Below, one piece after another: positions 36,187 to 45,321 of a stretch of 64,000 bases of DNA. The notes beneath the pieces were generated by a model, which saw only the letters and a list, made by a program, of their open reading frames with translations, made no database searches and was not told the origin of the DNA. The stretch's first letter is position 1, and each line of letters begins with the position of its first letter. The position numbers and the translations under genes are program-made. Source of the DNA: Dehalococcoidia bacterium (GTDB taxonomy: Bacteria; Chloroflexota; Dehalococcoidia; Lucifugimonadales; UBA3495); the NCBI GenBank assembly GCA_965243255.1, contig CBDEUH010000004.1, forward strand, positions 580,456-644,455, written 5' to 3'.

Positions 36187-37062
36187 TTATCCTCTCCCGA
36201 ACCACTCTGGGTGCACGGCTTGCAGGCCCAGCTGCGGCCAGGCGGCCGGCGCCCCGCACTTCTCCAGCCGCGCCGCCAGGGGCAGCGTCTCGTCCCAGTA
36301 GTAGGCAATGATGCGGCGTCCGTTCCAGTCGCTGGCGTCGTCGGAGGCTATCCACACCACCGGGGCCTGCATCACCTCGGGCTGGATGAGGGCGTCGGCG
36401 CTGGCGCCCTCCGGCGGCAGCACCATGTTGGTGGCCGTCGCCCCGCCCGGGGTGAGGACGTTGGCGGTTACTCCGGTGCCTTCCAGGTCCTGCGCCATGA
36501 TGGCCACCAGTGCCTCGTGGCCAGCCTTTGAGGGGCCGTAGGGCGCGCCACCCTTGCGCCACATGGTATCCATGCTGGTGGTAACGCCGATGATGCGCCC
36601 GAAACCCTGCTCAATCATGTGGCCGGAGACGGCGTGGGACATTAGGAACGGGCCGCTGAGGTTCACCGAAATGACTTTCAGCCAGGCGTCGGGGTCGAGG
36701 CTATGGAAGTCGTTGCGGCTGCCGGAGGCGCTGCCGCCGAAGCCGGCGGTGCGGGGGTTGATGCCGGCGTTGTTGACCAGGATGTGCAGGCCACCCATGT
36801 CGCTGATGGTCTGCTGCACGGCGTTGTGGACGGATTCGGGGTCGGTAACGTCGGCGATGATGGGCAGCACGGCGTCGTCGCCGCCGATTTCGCGCATATC
36901 GTTGGCCGTCTGGTCCAGCCAGTCCTCGTTGATGTCCAGCATGGCGACCCGAGCGCCAGCGCGCACCAGGCCGGTGGTGATGGAACGGCCCATCCCGATG
37001 GGGCTAGCCGCGCCGGTCACGATGGCGACTCGGCCCTGCAGGGTGTCGGATGGCATAGTCAT
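36187..37062 (-). CDS. SDR family oxidoreductase
   Basis: TGAASPIGMG cofactor motif and YGPSK catalytic motif. Confidence 0.85.
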   Translation of the reverse strand: MTMPSDTLQGRVAIVTGAASPIGMGRSITTGLVRAGARVAMLDINEDWLDQTANDMREIGGDDAVLPIIADVTDPESVHNAVQQTISDMGGLHILVNNAGINPRTAGFGGSASGSRNDFHSLDPDAWLKVISVNLSGPFLMSHAVSGHMIEQGFGRIIGVTTSMDTMWRKGGAPYGPSKAGHEALVAIMAQDLEGTGVTANVLTPGGATATNMVLPPEGASADALIQPEVMQAPVVWIASDDASDWNGRRIIAYYWDETLPLAARLEKCGAPAAWPQLGLQAVHPEWFGRG

Positions 37063-37229
37063 GGTTGTTCACCTCGTTATTGGTACGTCCGCGCCGGGCG
37101 GATTGGGCAGGATGATAATAACCGCTGGACGGCGGCTTGTTAAGGGTGTGGGTCGCTTGACCGGATACCGGGCCGATGCTACATTTGCCGCCGACTTTCG
37201 TAACTGAGCAACGATTTCCGACGTTCGAT

Positions 37230-38192
37230 ATGGCGATGAATGATTTGGCCGGCCGCGTCCTTGACGGCGAATTGCGGGCCCTGTCCCGGACGCTATCCCT
37301 GCTGGAGCGGGGCGATGCCTCTGCCGGTCAGGTGATGGAGCGGCTGGACCCCCACACCGGGCGTAGCTACACCGTGGGAATCACCGGGCCGCCGGGCGTG
37401 GGCAAGAGCACCCTGGTTGACCGGCTGGCCGAGGGCCTGCGGGCTATGGACTTGTCGGTGGGCATCCTGGCCGTTGACCCCACCAGCCCCTTCACCGGCG
37501 GCGCGCTGCTGGGCGACCGGATTCGGATGCAGCGGCACTACCTGGACGACGGCGTGTTTATCCGCAGCGTGGCGACCCGAGGGCAGTCGGGCGGCCTCCC
37601 CCGCATCGTGAAGAGCATGGTGCGCGCGCTGGACGCCGCCGGCAAGGACGTCATCCTGGTGGAAACCGTAGGCGTGGGCCAGACCGAGCTGGGCATAATG
37701 GGCGTAGCTGATACCGTGGTGGTTGCCATGACGCCGGAATCGGGCGATTCAATACAGACGCTGAAGGCCGGCGTGATGGAAATCGCCGACCTCTACGTCA
37801 TCAACAAAGCCGACCGGGAGGGCGCGAATCAGCTGGCGGCGGCGGTTACCGCGATGCTTCAGCTTGCGGATTTGGCCGAGGGATGGAATCCGCCGGTGCT
37901 GCAAGCGCAAGCCTACGCCAACGTGGGAATCGCCGAGCTTTGGGAAAGCATCGCCGCCCACCGGCAGTTTCAAACCGACTCCGGCGAACTGCACCGGCGA
38001 CGCTCCGAACGCCGTCGCGCCGAATTCCTGGAGACGGTGCAGGAAGAGTTGTACCGTCGCATCACGGTGCAGCTGGCCCATGACACAGAGCTGGCCAGGC
38101 TGCTGGCAGATATCGACCGCAAGACGGCGGAACCCTACGCAGCAGCCATGGCGCTGCTCGCCGGCGATGGCAAGTTGTCCGAGAAGTTTTAG
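37230..38192 (+). CDS. meaB: methylmalonyl-CoA mutase-associated GTPase MeaB/ArgK
   Basis: GITGPPGVGKST P-loop, ETVGVGQ and NKADR motifs. Start could be 37230 or 37176. Confidence 0.85.
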   Translation: MAMNDLAGRVLDGELRALSRTLSLLERGDASAGQVMERLDPHTGRSYTVGITGPPGVGKSTLVDRLAEGLRAMDLSVGILAVDPTSPFTGGALLGDRIRMQRHYLDDGVFIRSVATRGQSGGLPRIVKSMVRALDAAGKDVILVETVGVGQTELGIMGVADTVVVAMTPESGDSIQTLKAGVMEIADLYVINKADREGANQLAAAVTAMLQLADLAEGWNPPVLQAQAYANVGIAELWESIAAHRQFQTDSGELHRRRSERRRAEFLETVQEELYRRITVQLAHDTELARLLADIDRKTAEPYAAAMALLAGDGKLSEKF

Positions 38193-39094
38193 CTCCGGTT
38201 CTCCTCGTCCCCGCTGGCGCCATTGCCGCCCCGGTTGCCGCCGCCGTCCTGCTGATTCATGCTGCCCATGCCCAGGAATGGGGATAGCATGGACGTGAAC
38301 TCCATGGGGAAGATGAACTTGGTGGAGGGACTGCTGCCCAGCGACTTCAACGTGTCGAAGTACTGCAGGCTCATGGTGCGAGCGTCCACGGTGCTGGCGA
38401 CGTTGTAGATGCGCTCCAGGGCGGTGCTGAAACCCTCGGCGCGCAGGACTGTGGCCTGCTGGTCGCCCTCGGCTTGCAGGATTTCGGATTCCCGCTGACC
38501 CTGCGCCCGCAGGATGGCCGACTGCCGTTCGCCCTCGGCCAGGTTGATGGCGGCCTGCCGTTGTCCTTCCGACTCGGTGATCTCGGCGGTGCGGATGGCG
38601 TCGGCGGACTTCTGCCGTTCCATCGCCGCTTTCACGCCGGGAGGCGGGTCAACCTCGTTGATTTCCACCTGGGACACCTTGACGCCCCAGCGGACGGTAA
38701 CCTCATCCATGCGAATCTGCACGTCGTCGCGGATTCGCTCCCGCTCGGACAGCGTGGTTGCCAGGTCCAGCGAGCCGATGACGGACCGCAGGGTGGCGAA
38801 AGCCAGGTTGATTACCGCAGCCTCAAAGTTCTGGACTTCCAGCACGGCGCGGTCAACCGCGTCTTCCATGACCCGGTAGTAGATGACGAAGTCCATGTCC
38901 ACCACCACGTTGTCGGCGGTGATGTATTTCTGAGTGGGCACTCGGGTGACGCGCTCGCGCAGGTCAACCTTGGTGCCGCTGTACAGGACGGGAATCAGGA
39001 AGCGCAGGCCGGGGCCCCTGGTGCCGACGTAGGTGCCGAAACGCTGGACGACCATGCGCTGGTATTGCTGGACGACGATTAGCCCTGCAGGCAT
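38189..39094 (-). CDS. SPFH/band-7 (stomatin-like) protein
   Basis: 301 aa. Has an SPFH core followed by an EA/Q-rich coiled region. Sits downstream of nfeD, the classic pairing. Confidence 0.85.
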   Translation of the reverse strand: MPAGLIVVQQYQRMVVQRFGTYVGTRGPGLRFLIPVLYSGTKVDLRERVTRVPTQKYITADNVVVDMDFVIYYRVMEDAVDRAVLEVQNFEAAVINLAFATLRSVIGSLDLATTLSERERIRDDVQIRMDEVTVRWGVKVSQVEINEVDPPPGVKAAMERQKSADAIRTAEITESEGQRQAAINLAEGERQSAILRAQGQRESEILQAEGDQQATVLRAEGFSTALERIYNVASTVDARTMSLQYFDTLKSLGSSPSTKFIFPMEFTSMLSPFLGMGSMNQQDGGGNRGGNGASGDEENRS

Positions 39095-39150
39095 GAGGTG
39101 GCCTCCTTGTTAGCATCGGTGATTATGGCGTGATCAAGCACATTCTAGCA

Positions 39151-40569
39151 TCATTCCTGGCCTTCTGGGGCGGCTGAGCCGTCAATAACCGCCACGGTAA
39201 GTACGAGACCCTCGACAGCGACCACACGGACATTACGGCCCACTGGAATCGATGAGCCGTCGCTGCTGACGCCGGACCAGGTTTCATCATGCAAGGCTAT
39301 TATTCCGCGGGGTTGCAACGGCGAGGTTACGACTCCGGTCTGCCCAACCAGGTGCCCGGCCGAACTGCGCCCGTCGCTGTCGAAGAGGCCGCCACCTGGC
39401 GCGGTAGCCTGCCGGCTGCCCACGCGTGAGGCAATGGCCTCGTAAGCAACGTACGCGGCGCCGAGGGTCAGGACGCCGCCCACGCCGGCCAGAATCCACA
39501 GGCTGACGGAAATGTCGGGGAAGTTGGCCGGCACGGGACTGCCGCCGAAGCTGCCGAAAAGCAGCACCCCGCCGATAATAAGGCTGACCACTGCGCCGAT
39601 GCCCAGCGCGCCGAAACCGGAAACGAAGATCTCCAGCACTGCCAGGACGGCGGCCAGGACGATGAAGGCGACGCCGGCCCAGTTGAACGGCAGGTTGCCC
39701 AGGGCCAGAAATCCCAGGCCCAGGCAGATGACGCCGGCGATGCCGGGACCAATTGCGCCCGGCGTCATCAGTTCGAAGATCAGTCCCAGACTGCCCAGGC
39801 TAATTAGCAGGAAGGCGATGTTGGGGTTGGCGATGAAGTCAACAAACCGCTCGTTCCAGCGCATCTTTACTTCCTGAACGTCGGTGTCGGCGAGCCGGAG
39901 GGTTCGTTCGCCGCCGGCGGTGATGACGGTGTGACCGTCCAACTGAGCCAGCAGGTCATCCAGGTCGTCGGCCAGCAGGTCGATGATGCCGGACTCCAAC
40001 GCCTCGGCGGCCGTATAAGACGCGGCGGTGCGGACCGTTTCCTCCAATGCGTCGGCGTCGCGCCCTCTTTCGTCGGCGATGGAGCGTATCAATGCGGCGG
40101 CATCGTTGGTGACTTTGTCGGCCAGGGTTTCGCCGATGTCCTCGCCGCTGCCGGACACCGGCGTAGCCGCGCCGATGTTGGAGCCGGGAGCCATGGCCGC
40201 GATATGGCCGGCGGCGGTGATAAACGTGCCGGCCGAGCCGGCCTGGGCGCCCCGGGGCGAGACGAACACCGCCACCGGAACCGGAGACGACAGCAGCGTC
40301 TCCACAATGTCCCTGGTGCTGTCGTAAAGGCCGCCGGGGGTGTCCAGCTCGATGACCAGCAGCTCCGCGTTGGCTTTGGACGCGTCGGCCACGGCCCGCT
40401 CGATCACCCGGGCCTTCACCGGGTTGATGGTATCCTCAACCTTCAGCAGCAGGACCGAGCGAGTTTCGGCGTCGGCCTGGTTATAATGCACGACGATGGC
40501 GTACAGGCCCAGGCAAATCAAGACGAGATACGCCACGATCAGGGGGATTCTGGTCAGGGAGACGGGCAT
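39151..40569 (-). CDS. NfeD-family membrane-bound serine protease (long form)
   Basis: 472 aa with a ClpP-like N-terminal domain, multiple TM helices and a C-terminal OB-fold NfeD domain. Confidence 0.8.
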   Translation of the reverse strand: MPVSLTRIPLIVAYLVLICLGLYAIVVHYNQADAETRSVLLLKVEDTINPVKARVIERAVADASKANAELLVIELDTPGGLYDSTRDIVETLLSSPVPVAVFVSPRGAQAGSAGTFITAAGHIAAMAPGSNIGAATPVSGSGEDIGETLADKVTNDAAALIRSIADERGRDADALEETVRTAASYTAAEALESGIIDLLADDLDDLLAQLDGHTVITAGGERTLRLADTDVQEVKMRWNERFVDFIANPNIAFLLISLGSLGLIFELMTPGAIGPGIAGVICLGLGFLALGNLPFNWAGVAFIVLAAVLAVLEIFVSGFGALGIGAVVSLIIGGVLLFGSFGGSPVPANFPDISVSLWILAGVGGVLTLGAAYVAYEAIASRVGSRQATAPGGGLFDSDGRSSAGHLVGQTGVVTSPLQPRGIIALHDETWSGVSSDGSSIPVGRNVRVVAVEGLVLTVAVIDGSAAPEGQE

Positions 40570-40741
40570 CGTGCATCACCTGATACCATCATCAGACCCA
40601 CGTCGTGATATGTCAATCGGTGAATCCTTCCACAAGCTCAGGATGAGCGAGTGCCCTTGACGATAGCGGGCGGTTTGACGATGGCAGGGCGTACCAATAC
40701 AATGCGGACAAATACGGAGCGCTAGAGGAGCGGAGTTTCCA

Positions 40742-41602
40742 ATGGACTACCAGTACATTCTATATGAGAAGGAACGAGTATCCCGGTTTGAGGGCAGCGG
40801 CGACCGTCGCCGGGAGAAAGTGGGGCACGTGGCCTTTCTCACCATGAACCGGCCCGAGGTGCTGAACGCGATGAATCGGCAGCTGACCGAAGAGCTGCAC
40901 GACGCGGTGCGCTGCGCCAACGAGGACGACGAAATCGGCTGCATCGTCATCACCGGCGCGGACACCCATCCGCGCGTCCCGGCCTTCACCGCCGGCGGCG
41001 ACATCCACCAGCAGCGGGAAGACCAGGCGGCGTTGAACGCCGGCTCCCTGACCCGCGAGGACATGGACGTCCAATCGTCCCGGCGTCAGCGGGGCAGCTA
41101 CGAGGTCAGCGCGTCGGCCAAGCCGGTGATCGGGATGATTAACGGCCTGGCTTACGGCGGCGGCGCGGTGTTGTCGTCGTCCTTGGACATTCGCATCGGC
41201 TCCGATGCGGCGCGGTTCCGCTTTCTGGCGGCGGCCTACGGTCGCATCAACTCCACCTGGACGCTGGTGAATCAGGTGGGCTGGCCCCAGGCCAAGGAAC
41301 TGCTGTTCACCGCGCGGATCATCGAGGCCGAGGAAGCCTACCGCATCGGCCTGCTGAACCACCTGGTCCCATCCTACCGGCTGCGACAGAAGACCATGGA
41401 AGTCGCCACCGAGATCGCCACCAACGACGTCCCGTCGGTGATGGGCATCAAGCGGCTCCTGCTGCAGCACATGGGCGGATCGCTGGAAGAACAGTGGGCC
41501 AACGAAAGGGATTTCACCACCAACGTACTCCGCGGCACGCTGGCTGAAGAAGCCTTCCCAGACTTTCTGGCCCGTCGAGGCCGGCCGGTTCGCAGCGCGT
41601 AG
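40742..41602 (+). CDS. enoyl-CoA hydratase/isomerase (crotonase) family protein
   Basis: LTMNRPEVLNAM..., AGGDI and INGLAYGGG motifs. Confidence 0.85.
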   Translation: MDYQYILYEKERVSRFEGSGDRRREKVGHVAFLTMNRPEVLNAMNRQLTEELHDAVRCANEDDEIGCIVITGADTHPRVPAFTAGGDIHQQREDQAALNAGSLTREDMDVQSSRRQRGSYEVSASAKPVIGMINGLAYGGGAVLSSSLDIRIGSDAARFRFLAAAYGRINSTWTLVNQVGWPQAKELLFTARIIEAEEAYRIGLLNHLVPSYRLRQKTMEVATEIATNDVPSVMGIKRLLLQHMGGSLEEQWANERDFTTNVLRGTLAEEAFPDFLARRGRPVRSA

Positions 41603-41624
41603 CAGCTGTACCGGAAGGTATTTG

Positions 41625-41657
41625 AAAACCCCTCCCGATAGTTTGGGAGGGGTTTTT
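41625..41657. terminator. bidirectional intrinsic terminator
   Basis: AAAACCCCTCCC-gatagttt-GGGAGGGGTTTT sits between convergent genes, with an A-run and a T-run flanking the stem. Confidence 0.85.
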
Positions 41658-41661
41658 GCAA

Positions 41662-42054
41662 TCAGCCGTTGTTATGGCGATGTTGCAAATAGCTCGGGAG
41701 CAATTCGGTGTCGCCCTCCCAGGTCAGGTTTCCATTCCCGTCGATGACCGAGTAGGAAACGGGCTGACGAACCATCGATACGGCGGCAGTGCTCTTGCGG
41801 CGTTGTTCGGGCTGCTGGGCGAGAAGCTGGGTGTTCCCTTCCCACGAGACGTTGCCGTCGGCGCCAACTACGGCGTAGGACACCGGCGCGTCCGCGACCG
41901 GCTGGCCGGTGGGAATCGCATAATCAAGGTAGCGGGTGGTCAGGGTATTGGCGATGGGCTGTACCGGGGTCATTGCCTTGATGACAATAGGCTGGTCCAG
42001 GATGGTCTCCAGCATCCGGTTCATCCGGTTGATGTTGTTCTGTACGATAGGCAT
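41662..42054 (-). CDS. hypothetical protein with an internal 22-aa repeat
   Basis: PVSYAVVGADGNVSWEGNTQLL / PVSYSVIDGNGNLTWEGDTELL. No family recognised. Confidence 0.55.
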   Translation of the reverse strand: MPIVQNNINRMNRMLETILDQPIVIKAMTPVQPIANTLTTRYLDYAIPTGQPVADAPVSYAVVGADGNVSWEGNTQLLAQQPEQRRKSTAAVSMVRQPVSYSVIDGNGNLTWEGDTELLPSYLQHRHNNG

Positions 42055-42123
42055 GGCTCCCTCCCTGCTCGCCGGTGTTAGATTTCCATTATACAGTTTT
42101 TGCCGCCGCCGTGTCAGGGTCGG

Positions 42124-42738
42124 CTAGCCGTCCAGGGTGCCCTTGGTGCTGGGAACCTGCCCGACGGCGCGGGAGTCCGGTTCCACGGCGTCACGGATGG
42201 CCCGGGCCAGTGCTTTGCAGAGCGCCTCGGCCTTGTGGTGCGGGCTGACGCCGGCCAGAACCCTGGCGTGGAGGTTGATGCGCGCTTCCATGGCGAAGGA
42301 CTCCAGGAAGTGGGCAACCAGGTCGCCGGACAGGGTTTCCACCATGGTATCGTCCAGCGTGGTATCAACCGATGCGTAAGGCCGCCCGCTCCAGTCCACC
42401 GCGACCATCACCAGGGTCTCGTCCAGGGGCACGATGGCGTGGCCCATGCGCCGGATGCCCCTGGGTTCCCCCAACGCCTGGCCGAAAGCGCGCCCCAGCA
42501 TGATGGCGGTGTCCTCAACCAGGTGGTGCCAGCCCACGTGGGTGTCGCCCTGGGCCTTCAGGTCAATGTCAAAGAGGCCGTGGCGGGCAACCTGGCTGAC
42601 CATGTGGTCCAGGAAGCCGTTGCCGGTGTCAACGTCGTAGCGACCCTGCCCGTCCAGGTTGACGGTGATCGAGATGCTGGTCTCGGCGGTGGCCCGCTGC
42701 AGGCTGGCAGTTCGGGCCGGATCGTCGGAAGTGGCCAT
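42124..42738 (-). CDS. hisB: imidazoleglycerol-phosphate dehydratase
   Basis: GNGFLDHM and GDTHVGWHHLVED motifs. Confidence 0.9.
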   Translation of the reverse strand: MATSDDPARTASLQRATAETSISITVNLDGQGRYDVDTGNGFLDHMVSQVARHGLFDIDLKAQGDTHVGWHHLVEDTAIMLGRAFGQALGEPRGIRRMGHAIVPLDETLVMVAVDWSGRPYASVDTTLDDTMVETLSGDLVAHFLESFAMEARINLHARVLAGVSPHHKAEALCKALARAIRDAVEPDSRAVGQVPSTKGTLDG

Positions 42739-42739
42739 A

Positions 42740-43834
42740 TCAGTCCACTCCCAGGGCGGCGCGGAAACCGGCGATCACCGCGTCAGTCTCTTCGCGCTTG
42801 CCCACGCTGGACCGGATGTAGTCGCGCAGCAGGTCGTTGTCGAAGTAGCGCAGGAAGACGCCCCGGCGACACATCGCTTCATAGACCTCGCGGCCCCGTC
42901 CGTCGGGCATCTTGCAGAGGATGAAGTTGGCCTGGGACGGCCACACCTTGATTCCGGGGATTTCGCTCAGCAGCTGGTACATGCGGGCCCGCTCGGTGAC
43001 AATGGCGTCAACCCGCTCCAAAAGGTGGGCGGTGTCGGCCAGCGAGGCCAGCAGGGCAACCTCGGCGGCGAGGTTGACGTTGTAGGGCGGCTTCATGCCC
43101 ATCATGGTGGCGGCCAGCTCAGTGTCCATGGCGCCGGCGCCGATGCGGAGGCCGGCCAGGCCGGCCCACTTGCTGAAGGTTCGGAGAACCACCAGGTTGC
43201 GGTACTCGGGCAGCAGGGGCATCAGCGTCTGACCGCAAAAGTCGTAATAGGCTTCATCGGCTACCACCAGCAGGCCGGTGTCCAGCAGGGCGCGGGCCTG
43301 GGCTTCGCTGACCAGGTTGCCGGTGGGATTGTTGGGACTGGGGAAAAAGATGATCTTGGTGCGGGGGGTGATCGCGCCCTGGATGGCTTCAATGTCGATG
43401 TCAAAGTTGTCGTCGCGGGGCACGGATATGGCGCGGGCGCCGGCCACGTCGGCGGAGAATGAATACATTCCGAAAGTGGGCACGGGGATGATGATCTCAT
43501 CGTCCGGGGCCAGGAACATACGCATCAGCAGGTCGATGATCTCGTCGCTGCCGTTGCCGGCGACGATGTTGTCCTCGTGGACGCCCAGGTATTCGGACAG
43601 GGCGGCGCGCAGGCGACGCTGGGCCGGGTCGGGATAGTGATTGTAGTCCCGAAAGCTGCCCAGGGCCTCCGCCACTTGCGGCGAGGGGCCGTAGGGGTTT
43701 TCGTTGCCGTTGAGCCGGATGACCCGTTCCAGGGGGATGCCGGCTTCCTCGGCCAGGGTTTCGCTGGGAGAAACGCCCTGGTAGGTCTTGAGGCGGCTGA
43801 TGTGGGGGAGCAGCAGGTCTTCAATGTCAGGCAT
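42740..43834 (-). CDS. hisC: histidinol-phosphate aminotransferase
   Basis: 364 aa class-II aminotransferase with LNGNENPYGP and TFSKWAGLAGLRIG (PLP Lys). Confidence 0.9.
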   Translation of the reverse strand: MPDIEDLLLPHISRLKTYQGVSPSETLAEEAGIPLERVIRLNGNENPYGPSPQVAEALGSFRDYNHYPDPAQRRLRAALSEYLGVHEDNIVAGNGSDEIIDLLMRMFLAPDDEIIIPVPTFGMYSFSADVAGARAISVPRDDNFDIDIEAIQGAITPRTKIIFFPSPNNPTGNLVSEAQARALLDTGLLVVADEAYYDFCGQTLMPLLPEYRNLVVLRTFSKWAGLAGLRIGAGAMDTELAATMMGMKPPYNVNLAAEVALLASLADTAHLLERVDAIVTERARMYQLLSEIPGIKVWPSQANFILCKMPDGRGREVYEAMCRRGVFLRYFDNDLLRDYIRSSVGKREETDAVIAGFRAALGVD

Positions 43835-43852
43835 CGGTGTACTTCCCGTTTA

Positions 43853-43872
43853 GCTAGCGGGTGTTGGCGGCG
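43853..43872 (+). repeat. direct repeat (left), GCTAGCGGGTGTTGGCGGCG
   Basis: Identical 20-mer to 46874-46893. Confidence 0.95.
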
Positions 43873-43969
43873 GCAGGGCTATCGCGCATTCACTTTATAA
43901 GGATTGAGGCCGGGGCGCAACTACCCATACGCTCTCATGCGAACCCGCTTGGCTACGTTGGCTTGGCGC

Positions 43970-44415
43970 TCATTGTGGTTGGCTCCTTTGGGGGTGTCAG
44001 AATCAGGATTCACGGGATTTTGGGATTTTCAGGATTTTGGGTAGCCTGCGAGAGGTAAGGTGGTCGTTGTCAGCCCCACGGCCGGGGGTTGGTTACGCAC
44101 TTCCACATAGGTGTTTTTGTGACGGCAGTCAGTTCTCCGCCAATGGCCGCAGTGGTATCGCGCCGTTGCCACTTCCGGTGTCTATGACGGTCATCTGTTA
44201 TCCGCCAATGGCAGCTGTGGCCGCACCGTTGTCACTTCCAGTGTTTGTGACGGGGATCTGTTATCCGTCAATGGCAGCTGTGACCGCACCGGCGTGCGTG
44301 ATTAGGATTTGCTGACGGTTGTGGCCGTTGACGACCGAACCGTGATGGTTCTGATTTACCTCGTTGCAGGCTGTGGGGTACCGATGATTTCGCTAGCGAT
44401 GGGGCTATTATGAAC
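43970..44415 (+). repeat. conserved non-coding module, copy B
   Basis: Same block order and orientation as 5882-6258: block 1 43970-43989, block 2 44037-44099, block 3 44310-44340, block 4 44353-44415. Palindrome TCGCTAGCGA at 44390-44399. Confidence 0.85.
44120..44312 (+). repeat. tandem array of three ~63-65-nt units (each starting TGACGG)
   Basis: Unit starts are at 44120, 44185 and 44248, and the next TGACGG at 44313 opens conserved block 3. Units 2 and 3 match at 39/43 over their first 43 nt. Confidence 0.85.
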
Positions 44416-44549
44416 GGACGTTCTACGGATTGTCAATAGGCTGGTGTCGGTGTCGGCAAGCAGGCTATGGCGCAAGCGCCGGCGTGGGTCTCCGTAAACT
44501 GGTATAGTTTGAAAGTGGATGTTCCAATCGAACCGGGAGGTCAGGGAAA

Positions 44550-44828
44550 ATGACGGCAAGCAAAAATTCCGACGGCCCGGCCCCGGAGGCGGTGAAGGTT
44601 TCGGCAATGCTGGACGAACACGCCAGGCTGGCAGCGCTTTTGAGAGCCGCTATCGCGGCGACGCCAGCGTGTGACGATGACTACTGGGTTGGCATGAGCG
44701 TTGACGAAGTTGTGGTACGTGGCGAATCGCCGGAGGCGGTGATGGCCGCTATTGACGACCGGGGAATGGGCGGCGGTACCGTGGTGCTGGAGTTCGTGAG
44801 CGCTGAACCCCAGGTAATCGTCCTGTGA
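44550..44828 (+). CDS. small protein, DUF5678-like C-terminus (putative partner of the protease)
   Basis: 92 aa. YWVGMSVDEVVVRGESPEAVMAAI...VVLEFV resembles my recollection of the DUF5678 pattern. GGGAGG RBS. Its stop overlaps the next start (GTGA). Confidence 0.6.
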   Translation: MTASKNSDGPAPEAVKVSAMLDEHARLAALLRAAIAATPACDDDYWVGMSVDEVVVRGESPEAVMAAIDDRGMGGGTVVLEFVSAEPQVIVL

Positions 44829-45253
44829 TAACTGGCGAGTTCAAGGGCATCCAGCCTTATGTTTCGGCCGTGGTCGGGATACCTCGTCTGGAAGTGTTCG
44901 GCACTGTCGCGTTCCTAGTGGATACCGGAGCCTCGGTGACGTGCCTTCACCCCAGGGATAGCATTGCGCTGCGACTGCCCTTCGACCGCCTGGAGCGCAG
45001 CGAGCACATCGTCGGCGTGGGCGGTAGATCGGAGCGGTTTCTGGAACGCGCCACACTAACGTTTTTGGACTCGGCCGGCGCGGTCACCTACGTGTACAAC
45101 GTGGACGTTCGCGTTGGCAAGCCGGAGCAGGTGGGCAGCGGACTGCCATCCGTGTTGGGGCAGGACGTGCTTGACCCTTGGCTAATGGTGCATGACCCGA
45201 CCAACCACCGGTTGCAGTTTGACGTGCGGAGCGCGGACGCGATATCCGGTTGA
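44825..45253 (+). CDS. retropepsin-like (clan AA) aspartic protease
   Basis: 142 aa. FLVDTGAS catalytic motif, a VGVGG flap-like segment and a C-terminal LGQDVL motif. The GTG start is translationally coupled. Confidence 0.8.
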   Translation: MITGEFKGIQPYVSAVVGIPRLEVFGTVAFLVDTGASVTCLHPRDSIALRLPFDRLERSEHIVGVGGRSERFLERATLTFLDSAGAVTYVYNVDVRVGKPEQVGSGLPSVLGQDVLDPWLMVHDPTNHRLQFDVRSADAISG

Positions 45254-45321
45254 ACAACCACACGCTAGCGAGATAAAGATGATGGTGGCTGTATCGCGCC
45301 GCTTGGGTCGGCGGTGGCCCG

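Noticed and set aside
43835-43970. tRNA or tmRNA gene as the integration target at the islet boundaries.
   Set aside because: No cloverleaf-compatible sequence or T-loop (GGTTCGAATCC-like) motif is visible at either islet edge. The duplicated 20-mer is the hisD 3' coding end.
44120-44312. Possible CRISPR array.
   Set aside because: The ~64-nt units are contiguous and degenerate, with no unique spacers between short identical repeats. No cas genes are in the window.
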